This document shows, piece after piece, positions 50,301 to 61,896 of a stretch of 64,000 nucleotides of DNA. A program made the translations under genes and the position numbers. Under the pieces are notes generated by a model. It was not told where the DNA came from. It did not search any database and worked only from the letters and a program-made list of their open reading frames with translations. This stretch comes from Macrostomum lignano (Eukaryota): the NCBI GenBank assembly GCA_002269645.1, contig NIVC01000568.1, positions 434,001 to 498,000 of the forward strand, in the 5' to 3' direction. How positions within the stretch are numbered: position 1 is the stretch's first letter; the number at the start of each line of letters is the position of its first letter.

Positions 50301-50903
50301 ATAGTTATTCGAGCCAGTGAGTTGAGCAATTTTAAGATTGTATCAAGATAGAGTCACGTGTCACATTTCGTTATTAGTGCGGGTAGCGACAGGCAGAGAT
50401 AAATGAGCCAATAGGAAGTCGGGAGGAAGTAGAGATCATACTACTGAGTTAAAAGTAGCATAAAAGTGGACTTTTATGCTTTTTTACGGTAAAGAACTGA
50501 AACTTACTGAAACTTTTTGCTTGCCCTAAATAGAATAGCGCATCCTACACTCTTATTTCAGTCCTGACGGGACTTTCTGCTAAATCTTCAATACGATAGA
50601 AAATTTCCAAATTATTCCAGCATCTGCTATTCAATTAACTTATTTTTTATAAAGTGCCATCAGTCTTTTTGCTTCGCGGTTTTCTTTTTTCAGTGTCGGT
50701 TTTTTGTTCTATGGTTGACTATTATGACTTGATTTATTAATTAATGTATGCCAATTCCATCCCCAACAGGCAATCCCATGCTGATGCTCACCAACACTCC
50801 GCACTCGATGATGCCGCCTGGAGTGGCCGGCATGCCGCCTTACCAGCCTCCGCCGCCGCCTCATCAGGGCGGCTATTACCCGGGCATGCCGCAGCAGTTC
50901 TGA
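32452..50903 (+). CDS. CLTC: Clathrin heavy chain, 11 exons, ~1681 aa after correcting two 1-bp deletions
   Basis: Exons 32452-32493, 37450-38412, 38862-39376, 41228-41746, 42146-42523, 43256-43755, 44321-44650, 44957-45472, 46557-47063, 47546-48185, 50770-50903. Recognisable clathrin sequence runs from [14 protein letters not shown] through the terminal domain and CHC repeats to the PIVMP...LMLT tail. All junction phases are compatible. Confidence 0.97.
35820..36090. repeat. GA-rich low-complexity tract in clathrin intron 1
   Basis: Purine-only AAGAG/GAGA sequence. Confidence 0.8.
37450..38412 (+). CDS. CLTC: Clathrin heavy chain exon 2 (beta-propeller terminal domain)
   Basis: LQNIGIN...[15 protein letters not shown]...[13 protein letters not shown]...DEDNVI. 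One 1-bp deletion at ~37550. Confidence 0.95.
38485..38815. repeat. Degenerate ~59-bp tandem repeat in clathrin intron 2
   Basis: Recurring GCGGTCACTTCAAAGAGTCGGGCT...GCGGCAGTTTCAATGAAGATGTTTGAT. Confidence 0.8.
38862..39376 (+). CDS. CLTC: Clathrin heavy chain exon 3
   Basis: [16 protein letters not shown]...KIVLYAKK|GT. Confidence 0.95.
39500..40975. repeat. 36-bp minisatellite in clathrin intron 3
   Basis: (GGGTCAAGGATCGAGCTCTAAAGTGGGTCAGCCATT)n with higher-order variants. Confidence 0.93.
41228..41746 (+). CDS. CLTC: Clathrin heavy chain exon 4
   Basis: [18 protein letters not shown]...NIRQNLQ|GT. Confidence 0.95.
42146..42523 (+). CDS. CLTC: Clathrin heavy chain exon 5
   Basis: [14 protein letters not shown]...YIEIYVQK|GT. 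Confidence 0.95.
42590..43225. repeat. 24-bp minisatellite in clathrin intron 5
   Basis: (CCCCTTGAGAATCGCCCTTCATCT)n, ~26 copies. Confidence 0.95.
43256..43755 (+). CDS. CLTC: Clathrin heavy chain exon 6
   Basis: [18 protein letters not shown]...YRRQLIDQ|GT. One 1-bp deletion at ~43718. Confidence 0.93.
43905..44282. repeat. 48-bp minisatellite in clathrin intron 6
   Basis: (GGCTAATTGCTGTGTTAGCGAGGCTAGTTATAAATGATAAACAGCTAT)n, ~8 copies in two alternating variants. Confidence 0.93.
44321..44650 (+). CDS. CLTC: Clathrin heavy chain exon 7
   Basis: [16 protein letters not shown]...NESAIK|GT. Confidence 0.95.
44695..44980 (+). repeat. Five tandem 60-62-bp copies of the clathrin intron 7/exon 8 junction
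   Basis: CACAG|GTGCTAATCGAGCACATCCG at 44773, 44833, 44895 and the true site 44957. The copy at 44713 has CACAA in place of CACAG. Confidence 0.92.
44957..45472 (+). CDS. CLTC: Clathrin heavy chain exon 8 (ends at a GC donor)
   Basis: [17 protein letters not shown]...ANSTKTWKE|GCGAGT. Confidence 0.93.
45555..46460. repeat. ~20-bp minisatellite in clathrin intron 8
   Basis: (AAGCTGAAAGATCCCAAACT)n-like, ~45 copies. Confidence 0.93.
46557..47063 (+). CDS. CLTC: Clathrin heavy chain exon 9
   Basis: [19 protein letters not shown]...[10 protein letters not shown]|GT. Confidence 0.95.
47090..47460. repeat. (CTGT)n microsatellite in clathrin intron 9
   Basis: Tetranucleotide run. Confidence 0.95.
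47546..48185 (+). CDS. CLTC: Clathrin heavy chain exon 10 (proximal leg to trimerisation helix)
   Basis: [15 protein letters not shown]...SNPIVMP A|GTAAGT (phase 1). Confidence 0.95.
48200..49138. repeat. 17-18-bp minisatellite in clathrin intron 10
   Basis: (GTTACATTCCCCTGTAG)n, roughly 50-55 copies. Confidence 0.95.
49341..49439 (+). CDS. CLTC: Probable alternative (cassette) exon of the clathrin C-terminal tail, 33 codons
   Basis: CCAAG|AC acceptor and A|GTAAAT donor; 99 nt, phase 1-1, stop-free: [33 protein letters not shown]. Confidence 0.65.
49727..50150. repeat. ~80-bp tandem repeat (~5 copies) in clathrin intron 10
   Basis: GGCTGAGCCAGATTGGGCCTGCCCCCCC-AGGCTGAGTTTCGTCCATCTAACTATGACTTCTCTCCTTATT unit with a variable C-run. 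Confidence 0.9.
50770..50903 (+). CDS. CLTC: Clathrin heavy chain terminal exon
   Basis: AACAG|GC then [44 protein letters not shown], a Pro/Gly/Tyr-rich tail with the LMLT motif. Confidence 0.9.
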
Positions 50904-51849
50904 TAATAGAGGCTCCTCGAAAACAATAATGGAATTCTCTCAACTGACTACTTAGCATGCTTAGTAGTGTGATAGTAATAATGACTGGACAAGTAGACTC
51001 TGAAAATGGCATCCCTTAATCTCTATTTCCTGTCGTGCACAATCTTGTCTTTAAGTTCGCCTAAAAACTGTTGCTTAAATTTGATTACAAACAGCTATTC
51101 GAAAAATCTAAAATTGCTTCGAAAGTCAATGAAAATCCTAATAAAAAGTCATTTTGAAAATATATGAAATATTATAAGAACTTGTTGGACACCGCGCCAC
51201 TACATTTCCCTAAACTTATACTGTTTACTCAAAAACTACCATTTTATTCCATTGTTTCAATTTTTGCTTGTCTTTTCTCTCTGCCTGTAGTTACGATTCT
51301 GTTGTTGGTTACAGCTTAATACCGCACATATAATATCTTAATGATATACAAATATGGAAATTTCTGATAAGAACAGACAGTTGGTTAATCTTTTTGACCG
51401 GCATTATTTGCCGCGTACTACTTACTGAAATGTGTGGAACTAATAAATCCTGTTTATTTTATTGTTAGCAGTGCAATTGTCGTGGCCCTAAGAACAGCCT
51501 GTCTTCTTGTTACAACCAGAAATTTTTATTAATTAAGGTATTTAATAATTGTTTGCACTTTGGATTCAAGCGCTTTATTCCTTAAACTGTTATTCACTAA
51601 TTTAGCACTGAGAATCGTTGAACCGCAGCAGAGTACAGCTGGAGTTTATGCGCAACTTATTGTTCTATCTTTATATTATTTTACTAATATTTATGAAACT
51701 GTTTACGGACGCACTATAAATCTCACCCTCGGTTATTGCCTGTCAATTTCTCTTAACTATATTTTGTTTGTTATATTTCTTGTTTCTTGTTGTCAATTCT
51801 ACGTTAAATTTGTGTGTTTTGTGCCATTTTCCCTCGTCAAAGTCGTAAC

Positions 51850-51852
<3 letters not shown>

Positions 51853-51901
<49 letters not shown>
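51853..51901. repeat. (CT)n microsatellite
   Basis: Perfect dinucleotide run. Confidence 0.95.
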
Positions 51902-51904
<3 letters not shown>

Positions 51905-52751
51905 GTCTCTTCACAGGCTTTCCATTTTATTTCCAGTTTTTGTGTCCTGTCTGTTTCGCCACATTAATTTTGTCAAATATCTGACAGCCCTCGTGTTGTT
52001 TCACGGTTTATTAATAAAGTCATTTTACTCTTTATTCCCAAAGTAGATATTGTAGACTAATAAAGTAACAGCACGTATTTCAGCAGCTGGTTTAGCTTCG
52101 ATTGTGTTTTCAAACCCCTACCATTTTGTTTAGTGATTAAATAAATTTATTATTCATAAATTAACGGACCTGTCATTAGATGAACGACAACAAAGTTTCT
52201 TTTTATTCAGGTCTGCTTTGTTTCTTCAGCTTTGCTGCTTCTCAACCACACATTGTTCCTAATTGTGCTCCAGGGCACAAGCTAGTTAATATTAGTTTTA
52301 CACTAATCTATACAATAATTGTGACGTGTCATTTGTTATGAACAGTTTTGTCCTCGTTTATAAAAGGTGGATTGCTTTACCCTGAAAATTTTGTCTGTTT
52401 CTTGTTTTAGACATGGCTTATCGCTTGGCTAATAAAATAATACACCTGACTGATCCTTAAATACCTGGATTTATTATTCTGATTATGTCGTATAAGTGTT
52501 GTATGTGGTCTTAAATAACTTTTCTATTTTTTAGCTAGTAGCGTAGCTATAACTGTAAAATGATGGATAACTTTGGTTAGGAGGGAAAAACATTAAAATT
52601 TCGAAAATGCGAAAAGCTTTCATTTTTGGTCAAAATCATTCAATCGTTCATCCCGTGACATCATTGCAAATCAACAGCTTCCTAGTTCTTTGCCCATTAA
52701 TTTTTTTAACTTTGAGTCAGTGACGAGTCTCGCAAATACCCTTAGCAAAAA

Positions 52752-53288
52752 GGGGTCCATGAGAATTGCCCGCCGAGATTTGCCCGCAGGAGATTTGCAC
52801 GCCGAGAATTGCCCGCCGATATTTGCCCGCAGTGCATTTTGCCCGTGAGCGAATTGCCCGTGAGCGAATTGCCCGTGGAGATTTGCCCGCCGAGTTTTTT
52901 CCCGCTGAGGTTTGCCCGCAGTGCTTTTTTCCTGCAGCGCATTTATCAGCTAGATTCTGTCTGCAACCCCCCATCCCCCTAGAGAGATATGCATTTGATA
53001 TGCAGTTACTATCAAAGCGTTTGATCGGGTAAATCTCTTTATTAAAAGTTACTAAGCATTGGGGAGGCAATGCAGACAAAATCTGCCGCGTGGCCAAATG
53101 CGCTGCAGGAAAAAAGCATTCGCTCTTTTTTTCGCTCGCTATCGCGGCCGTTGCGGGCAATTCACTTGCGGGCAAACTGCACTGCGGGCAAATCTCGGCG
53201 GGCAATTCTCGGCGGGCTAATCTCCACAGGCAAATCTCGGCGGGCTAATCTCCACGGGCAATTCGTCTACGGGCATTTTTCGTGCCCC
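52752..53288. mobile_element. Foldback-type element with long modular inverted arms
   Basis: The left arm is a tandem array of GATTTGCCCGC modules and the right arm is its reverse complement (GCGGGCAAATC). Inner IR TGCTTTTTTCCTGCAGCGCATTT and GGGG...CCCC termini. No clean TSD. Confidence 0.75.
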
Positions 53289-54321
53289 CAGCAAGGGTGG
53301 TTGTAAAGATGCCTCCAAGGGCATTCCAAGTTCTAGCTCTGACTTTTTTTAACCGTATAACAAAGCTTGCTATATCAAGGTATGATGAAAAATAAATTAA
53401 AATCATATGGTTCTGAAATTTAAACGAAATAACTGTTGTAAAAACTAGCTCTCGTAGTTAAATATGATATCAATTTAAAGGACACAACAATAATCAGGTT
53501 TAATTTAAGCAATTTGTGAATTTCGCAATAGCTCACGGCACGGCCGGATAACTTCAGCAACTGTTACTAGCAAAAATCATTAACAGTAGAGCGGCAGTGA
53601 CAAGCGATACCTGAACTATTTGTTTTCAATCGTGAATTTCGTGTCAATTTTATTCACTTTAAAATCATCACTTTAGTCCCAGTAGTAATGAGCCGTCACT
53701 CTAAATAATGCATCTATGAATAATCCAACTACACAGATTTGTCTGGCAGACGTTGTGTCTTGGTCTATTGCCTGCTGTCCCTTTAGTTTGATGTGCAGTG
53801 CAAAATAGCTAGAAAAAATCAATAAGATATTAAACAATCTATATTTTTAGCTTTTAACAGCATAGAAGGACTTTAACAGCAATGCTATTATGCTAATTTC
53901 TTATTTATTTATTTCTAGTTTAGTATTGAACTTTTACTCCATTAATTTAATGACTTAATTTTATAGAATAGGGCCAATGCATCCTAATATTAGGGCCATA
54001 GTCACTGTCATTTTAGGGGGAGAGAGTAGCCTAAACCTAGAAGTTAGGCCCCTTAAGGTTAACTCATTTATGTAGTTCAATTCATAGGGACAGGGTGGTA
54101 TAGTATACCTGTATAACTTTCACTGACACATTTTAAAACACATCTTTTGACACTTTTTATAACACTTAAAATGTTGCAAAAAGTTTTATAAAAGTATCAA
54201 AAAAGTGTTATAATAGTTAACTTTTATTGACACATTTTTAGAATGTAGGCCCTATTCCAACACTTAAAACGTCACTTAGAGCTAGGTCATGTATATATAA
54301 TATACATGTACTATTCATGTA

Positions 54322-54515
54322 CAGGCGCTGCGGAACGAGTTTTTGCCAGGGGGGCAGGACCAAGTTTCCGAAACTCAAGCCCAGACCCTGACTTGGACAA
54401 TGACCAAAAATTTGAGCAAAATTATGCTGTTGAACAGTATTTGAGGGGGGGCAATGCCCCCAACTCAATGTCAAGGGGGCAGCTGCCCCCCTGCCCCCCT
54501 GTTCCGCGGCGCCTG
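54322..54515. mobile_element. hAT-type MITE (194 bp)
   Basis: TIRs CAGGCGCTGCGGAAC / GTTCCGCGGCGCCTG and 8-bp TSD TTCATGTA at 54314-54321 and 54516-54523. Confidence 0.9.
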
Positions 54516-55655
54516 TTCATGTACAATTTGTATATATATATATGTTTCTTAAGATACTTCAGCAGCCTGCAGTATACATGTAAGACTTTTATGTGTACAA
54601 AGTATACATGTATAGGCCTATAACGCTATAAATATATCAATTAATGCAAATGATGTGCAACAGTTGCGTGAATTTCTGAGGCACTATGGTCAGTGCCCCA
54701 AAGAGTGAAGATGGCATTTCGCTAAGCAATAAGTGAGTGCATATCCATGTGTGTTGTTGAGTATCAGCAATAAAAGCATAAACAAATTTTAAAATGCAAG
54801 CTCTTCTGTTTGCAAGTAAAGTAATGAATTTAATGCTTTATTTTTCTATGCATTATGTTGTCTATAGACAAATTTCAGTTAGTTAAGTGAGCATCATTTT
54901 GCAATTGGGCCTTGGTATTGCTTAAACAAGACATTTATCAATACCTTCTTAATGAATGAGTACAGAAGTAGACTATTGTAAATTTCAATACAGTTTATGT
55001 AACTGTATGGTATAAGTACTATTACTTTTGTGGGCATAACTTTTGTTATTCTCTAGTATTCTCTAGTATCAATTTTGAAAATTCAAAAAGCAGTTTATAG
55101 AAAAGATTGCCACTATCAGTTCATAAAAATTTAAGTCACAAAAAGCTATAGAATGAGAGCTATAGTTAAAATTAACACTACTTTTGGGACAACCCTCATA
55201 GATCTTGTCATTCTTTATTAGCAATAGTGGCATCAGAACAATGCAATTTCTTTTTTAGGTAGGTGTTCAACAAAATTAGGTTGGTAGTTAGTGGCAAGAT
55301 CTTAGGAACTGCAGCCCTTGTCAACTTTTAGAGTCTAAAGAGCTGACAATGAGATTGATTTTATCTAATAAGAGTCGTGAACCATAATATATTGTATTGT
55401 TTTGATGCAGATTTATTGCCTGTTTTCAATGTTGTTACCATGCAGATCTCCATATAACAGAGGCTATTAGGCTATACTTTAGGCTATACCCTATTTTTAG
55501 GGCAAGACTTGGAATACCAACTTTAGCATTAATTTTGTATAGCAGCCAAGTTTTTAAAGCCACACATATTCCAAGTAGCAATGACATGAAAGTCAAAATA
55601 TCTAGTGTCGAGAGCAGCTAGTAGACTAAGATTTGGCTTGCTTGTTACAATTTGC

Positions 55656-58600
55656 TAGAGGTCGGACGAGCAAAAATTTTTGGGTCGGGCGTGAGTAGTC
55701 GTGAATAATTTCAGCTTTGCCGTGATCGTGATCGTGATCGTGATTGGTTCGTGAAAAATTAAAAGTAAAAAATTTCCGTTCAAATTTTGTTTTTTTTTCT
55801 TCAAATTTGAATTTTTCTATCAGTTAATGTGTTTGATTCTATTTTTAAGTGCTTCTATACCATCAGCTTATACCATCTGCATCTGCCCATCTGGCTTTCT
55901 TCTCTGGTTGAGAAGGAACTCAGAGTCTGGCTGAGAAGTAAGAAGTTCTTACTTCTTAGACATTTGTGTTGCTTTTTGGCTTTCTCAAAGCTCAAACTAA
56001 GCTGAAAGCTGTAACTATTTAGTATTTTTATTTTTAAATTTTTAATTTAAAAGTAGTATTTGCTACTATTACTATTTTAGAATTTAGTATTAAATAAATA
56101 GTTAAAACAAAAATTTCATTTCATTTTGATCATGAATTTGCATATTTGAGTTTTTCTTTCTTCTTATTATTTTTATGCTATAATAATGTATAAATAGATT
56201 AGATACTATACAGATAGATAGTTGATACTAGAGCATAATTTTATAATCTGATTGTCTAATAGTTATTTAGTAATTATAATTTATAACTAATAATTTTTAA
56301 TATATAAGCATAGTATTTTTTTACTAAAATAAATTGCTGTAAATTAAAAATTAAGGTTGACTAAGTCTAAGTACTAAGTAGCAAATATACTTGATGGATA
56401 TGCTAAATTAAATTGTTATTTGCTATTGTTATTGTCATTTGTTAATAGTAATAATAATAGTCAAACACAAATATTAAATACTTTTTCTTCTTGAATTGAA
56501 TTGAATAATGAATAATATTCAATATTCAATATAGTATTAACTATTATGTACTAGTACTATCATGTGGTACACTGGTATATTGAATATGTATGCCTGATTG
56601 CCTGATGCATAGTAGTATATTTCTAATCTATATGGTTAGTCTAAAAATATTTTTTTCTAGCCTATTTGACTTTAAAGTCTGTAGTGACTTTACATTTACA
56701 CTATACTGCTATACTATGCAATATTTTATTTAAAATATAAATAAATATTTTAATTTAAAATAATATAATACTTGTTTTTTCTTTGCTTTTCTACCTAGCA
56801 AATTAAAATAGGCAATTACACAATATTACATTACAATTTACAATTTACAAATCAAACAATTTCAGCCATTCATTTGCAATGGCCTCTGTTGATAAGCCAA
56901 CCCAGCAACCTCGAGGAAGAGGCAGTGCTGTGTGGTTGTACTTTAAAGACGTTGAAGGAAAAGAGAATTCTGCTGCTTGCCTAGCTTGTAAGAAGGAGGT
57001 TCTACGAAACACAGGATCAACAGGCAGCATGCGAAGACACATAGAATCCTGCCATCCAATTCAATTCAAAGAGCTCCTAAACACTGAGGCAGATCGTGCA
57101 AAGCCAAAATGTAAAGATGGACCACAACCATTGAAGCAGCAGAAGTTGAGCACAATGTTTGCTCAAGCAAATGCTCAAGAATGGTCGGATTCGCACCCTC
57201 GTTCGGTTGCAATTGATCGAAAAATTCTCCGCTTTATTGTGTTGGATTCACAGCCATTCTCTGTGGTAGAAGGTGAAGGCTTTCGCGATCTGTTGAAAGA
57301 AGCATGTCCGCAATATCGATTGAAGAGCACTCGATTTTATCATGACAAGCTAGAGACTCTCTATGAAGAAATTAAATTGCAGGTCCAGGACGAAATAGAC
57401 AGACTGCGAGATTTCGGTTTCACGTGTGACTTGTGGAGTGACGGCCAGTTGGCACTCATGTCCTTCACAATCCATTCTATCACGCCAGATTTTGAGCGTA
57501 AGCAGCTTTTACTGTGCGTAAAGCCATTCACTGATGCCCATACTGGGCTTAACATCTCGGCCGTTTTTTCGACAACCCTTGGTGAGTGGGGCATTGGCTT
57601 AGAGCAAGTCAGCCTCCTCCTGCGTGATGGGGCCAGCAACATGAAGCTTGCAGGAGAACTTCTGAAAGTACCATCTGCCCATTGTGCTGCCCACAAGCTG
57701 AACCTTGTTGTTAAGGATTCCATCTCCGGTCATCGAGGACTGAAGACAATACTTGACAAAGCACGGAGCATTGTTGGCCACTTCCACCACTCTGTAACCG
57801 CTCAAGCAAACCTCAAAACACTGCAGCTCCAGCTGAAGCTACCAACACACAGCCTCGTGCAAGATGTAGACACACGCTGGAATTCAACACTAGCCATGTT
57901 ACGCCGAATCAACGAGCAAGAGGAAGCGTTTAGTGTCTATCGCACCAGACACCGACCAATTGAAATCCTGACGGACAATGAGTCAGATGTTTCAAAGAAA
58001 GCTGTCAAACTTCTTGAGATTTTTGAGGTTTTTACGCTAGAAGTCAGCAGGGAAACTGCCAGCATCTCGTGTATCTTGCCGATGGTGAAAGTGTCGCTGG
58101 AGCATCTGCAGCAGGTAGACTGCTTTGGCATCACGTACCTTCGAGACGACCTGGTGAAAGGGTTGACTCAACGCTTCTCTGACGAAAAAAAGAGTCACCA
58201 CCACATTGTTGCTACGATGTTAGACCCACGCTTCCGGCTAGATTTTTTCGATGAAGAGCAGCGCAACTTTGCTAAGGCTGAGCTCGTAAAAGCAATGAAT
58301 GAAATTTTGCGTGAAACTTCTCTTCCTACTGTTGATGGCGATACAGCCATAGACGAGGACCTCTCCGATGTATCTATCGAAACTGAGCCGTGAGTATTTC
58401 CTCTATTTCATAATTCAATGTACATGTACATGTAACAAAAAAATTAAATTATAAATTACATTTGCTACATCTGTAAGTTATAAATTTTATAACTAATATA
58501 TCAAAGTTCTCTTTGTTTTAACTTTTAACTTTTAATTTCACCTTTTTAGACAAACTGAGTCTCAGCCTCAGCAGCTATCTATGTCAGCCCTGTTCGAGAA

Positions 58601-59869
58601 GTCTTCTACTTCTAGTGCTGCAGCTGCAACTCTGCGTGACCTGTCTAGGGCCGGAACGCTACTGCCAGTTTCAAACAGAGGCAATGCTATGGACAAGTTG
58701 GCTCGTGAAATGGCAGCCTACCTATCAGAGCCTCGACTTCCATTTGAGGAAGACCCAATGAAGTTCTGGAGAGACAAGACTCCATCAACTGCAATGTCAG
58801 CACTTGTTCGGAAATTTCTGGGACCACCACCTACCAGTGTTCCAAGTGAGCGTATCTTCAGCAACGTTGGAAACATCTACGAGCCGAAACGACGTCGCCT
58901 GCTTGGCGAAACCGTTGAAAAGCTTGTTTTTATTAACTATAATGTTCGGAAGTTTGACCCATAGAGAAATGAGCAGGGTCCATTCAATTCATTGCTGTTA
59001 TTGCTGATTAGTGATTAGTTTTACTTTTTTGAAGATTGAGATCAGAGAGACAAGATAATGATAGAGAAAATAAATAATCAAAGACTATAGAACAAGTAGA
59101 GTTGGAGCTACAAGAAAAAGTTTATCGATAAGGAATAGATAACTGTTGCTATAGTGTGTAGCTGTGTACTCTGTAGTCTGTAGACTCTGTAGTATGATTT
59201 TTTGCATGTAGCTAGTATAGTATAGATTAGACTTAAATTAGTCATTGTAATAACACTATATGTGTAGAACGTAAAAGTAAAGTAGTAAACCTACATGTAC
59301 TCTTTTATACTTCATATTCATACACTGATAAGCTTTTCTGTTTTTCACTTTTCACTGTTTTTAGTTCTGTAGGCAGCTAAGCAAGTTAACAAACACTTGT
59401 CTGTACATGTCATGTACTATCATGTAGTGAAATTTATATACAGTCATACATATATACAATTTATATTTTCATTCAGTGCTTTTCAGTTTTAATTTTACAT
59501 TTTACAAAATAAACAAAAGATTGAAAAGAATAAGGCAGTAAGCTTTGAACTTCGAAAATCCACTTTAACTTCGAACTTTCTGAACTAAGTAAAGTAAACT
59601 GAAAACTCTATTCTGTAAGTTTTGTGTTAAAACACATTCGTTGTATTTGAAAAGAAAAACAAAAACCAAGTAAGTCTACATTTAGGACTGTACACGATTG
59701 TGGTTTGGGGAACTGAAAAGTATAAACATAGTAACATCTGAAGCTGAAAGAAACCCACAATCACGATCACGCACGTGAAAAATGTTTCACGACTCGTGAA
59801 TTCACGACACTGAAAAAGGTCGTGAATTCACGATATCGTGATCACGATCGTGATCACGTCCTACCCCTA
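55656..59869 (+). mobile_element. Full-length hAT DNA transposon (4214 bp)
   Basis: 8-bp TSD CAATTTGC at 55648-55655 and 59870-59877, TIRs TAGAGGTCGGACG / CGTCCTACCCCTA (11 of 13 match), and subterminal CGTGAT/ATCACG arrays at both ends. Confidence 0.95.
56879..58964 (+). CDS. hAT transposase, 641 aa; exons 56879-58389 and 58550-58964
   Basis: BED finger (SAVWLYF...CLACKK...MRRHIESCH), catalytic FTCDLWS and LLRDGASNM, CAAHKLNL, DTRWNST, PTSVPSERIFS and the C-terminal dimerisation region. The phase-2 GT-AG intron 58390-58549 restores one frame (1926 nt). Confidence 0.93.
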
Positions 59870-61698
59870 CAATTTGCAATTCTTTCAAAAACCAAGCAAT
59901 TTCTAGCATTCTAGTAGTGCAAAGACTCACTTAACCTCTACTGGCAAGGTGCACTTCCCACAATGAGAGCCCCAGATTGATTCATAATAGCCACATCATT
60001 TCTTGCAATGGCCTTTTTGTCATCATTTCATTTGCTCAATGGTTTCTAAAAAATCCACTGGATACTTGCTTGGAAGTAGAGCTGCTGAAATTAGAGCTTT
60101 GCCAGCTACTACAAATAACTTTTGCTTTTTTTTCACACTATCCTCATAGTCTACTGGTCAAAATTTACATCTTTGGCAATGCTTGTACAGCTCACAAGCA
60201 TGAAAAAAGCCAAAGCAGAATTTGCATAGAAGATAGCTAAAAGATATTTTGGTAGAACCTTTGTTTCAGATGACAATAATCTCTCCTTGTTTAGTTTTTG
60301 ATAAAACTTGAATATTGTGCTCAAAGTTGCCTAGCAGATATAGTTTGGTCATGGCTCACTTATACTCTTGAGAAGCCTTTGGATGAGCAGCAGCTGCAGC
60401 AACAGCAATCTCATTTTTGTGGTAACAAAGCAAGTGATCCCATGGACAAGAACAGAGGACACCACAAAAATAGCACAAATGTCTCTTTTTCACCTTTTTA
60501 TCTGCACTAGCAGCATTACATTCATCGCCAACTTCCTCCTCATTTTGACTACTCAGTGTATCATCAATGCCAGAATTTGGGTCATCAACAAGTTTGCCAT
60601 CTTGAAGTTCGTGCACAAGGCTGCAGATAGCATTGTCAGTTAAAAAGAGTGCCTCAATAAATTATTAGATTACTTTATTCTTAATTCATTGCTTAGATTA
60701 GAAGCAGTAGGTGCAGCCACAGTGCCAGGATCAGCTGTTGCTGAGATGAGAGCAGCTGCTGCAGTGGCTGGGACAGAAACAGCCGCTACAGTCACTTGGA
60801 CTCTTGGAGCACTCAATTTGTTGTATAAAATTGTTTTTTGCAAGTTGAATCTAAAATCTAACAAAGCACTATTCTCTATTTAGAAGCAAAAACATGCTAA
60901 TTAAAGACAATTTAATTAGTGTTTCTATTAAATTATCATTAAAAAAATTGCTCTAGCCCTATACGACACCTGATTACTATGTATTTTATTATTGATCATT
61001 TAAGCTTTCATTAAAGTCATTTTACTTGAGTTAGAAACTATAGTTCAAGACAATTTTTGTTATTTTGAGGCAAATTTGTTTTTTATATTCTATCATTCAT
61101 TTTTATTTGCTAATATGCTTAAAAGACATGGTATATATGGTGTCTGCCAATAAGAGATTAACAGAAAGTAAGTAAGCAAGTAAAAATCAGGAATGGGTTT
61201 CTACACAACAATCCTGCATTTATACATTTGCACCCAAGCATAAATTATTTCATGATTGATAATTTTTGGGACAAAAAAAACATTTGTTTGCATAACATTT
61301 CTGTAAAAGCTTACTTATAGTAGATTAGTAAGAAAAACCTATTTGAAAAACTCCAAAGTTTTTTTAACCTTTACAAAATATTTTAAAATCTTTAAAATTT
61401 TAGAATCCTACATAATGGGATCAATTTGTCAGTTGAGAAAGTTCACTGCCTATGTGATAGAACTATAGTTATTTTATAGTTAATATATTTACTCTATTTT
61501 TAGTTTCAGATTAGCATTCATTTTACATTGAAAGTAGTATTATTATAACAATTTACAGTGGTAGACATCAAATATTCAAAATCTAAGCACTTTATATTGT
61601 TGGCATTTGTTTCCCACAGCGGAGCGGTTGTTCCACCGTCTCTAGCGATCTCGCTCACTGCCCAATAAATCCTAAACAACACAAGCAACTAATAAAAC

Positions 61699-61896
61699 AT
61701 GACCCGCGGCAACCAGCGCGATCTGGCTAGGGCTAAGAATGCCAAAAAGCAGGCCGAGCAGGGCAAGAAAAAGGCCGCTAACGAGAAGAATGGCAACAGA
61801 GGCCTGACGCTGGAGGAGCGCCGTCAACGGGACGCTGAGATACTTCGACAAAAGCAGCAGAAAGCTGCTGAGAAGGCGGCCGGAGAAAATAAATGA
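61699..61896 (+). CDS. SERF: Small EDRK-rich factor (SERF / 4F5 / MOAG-4 family), 65 aa, uninterrupted CDS
   Basis: MTRGNQRDLARAKNAKK...LTLEERRQRDAEILRQKQ is the family signature. AATAAA at 62097-62102. Confidence 0.93.
   Translation: MTRGNQRDLARAKNAKKQAEQGKKKAANEKNGNRGLTLEERRQRDAEILRQKQQKAAEKAAGENK

Noticed and set aside
50562-50600. A further alternative clathrin last exon ([12 protein letters not shown])
   Set aside because: It has an acceptor-like TTTCAG but is very short, with no supporting similarity; this could arise by chance.
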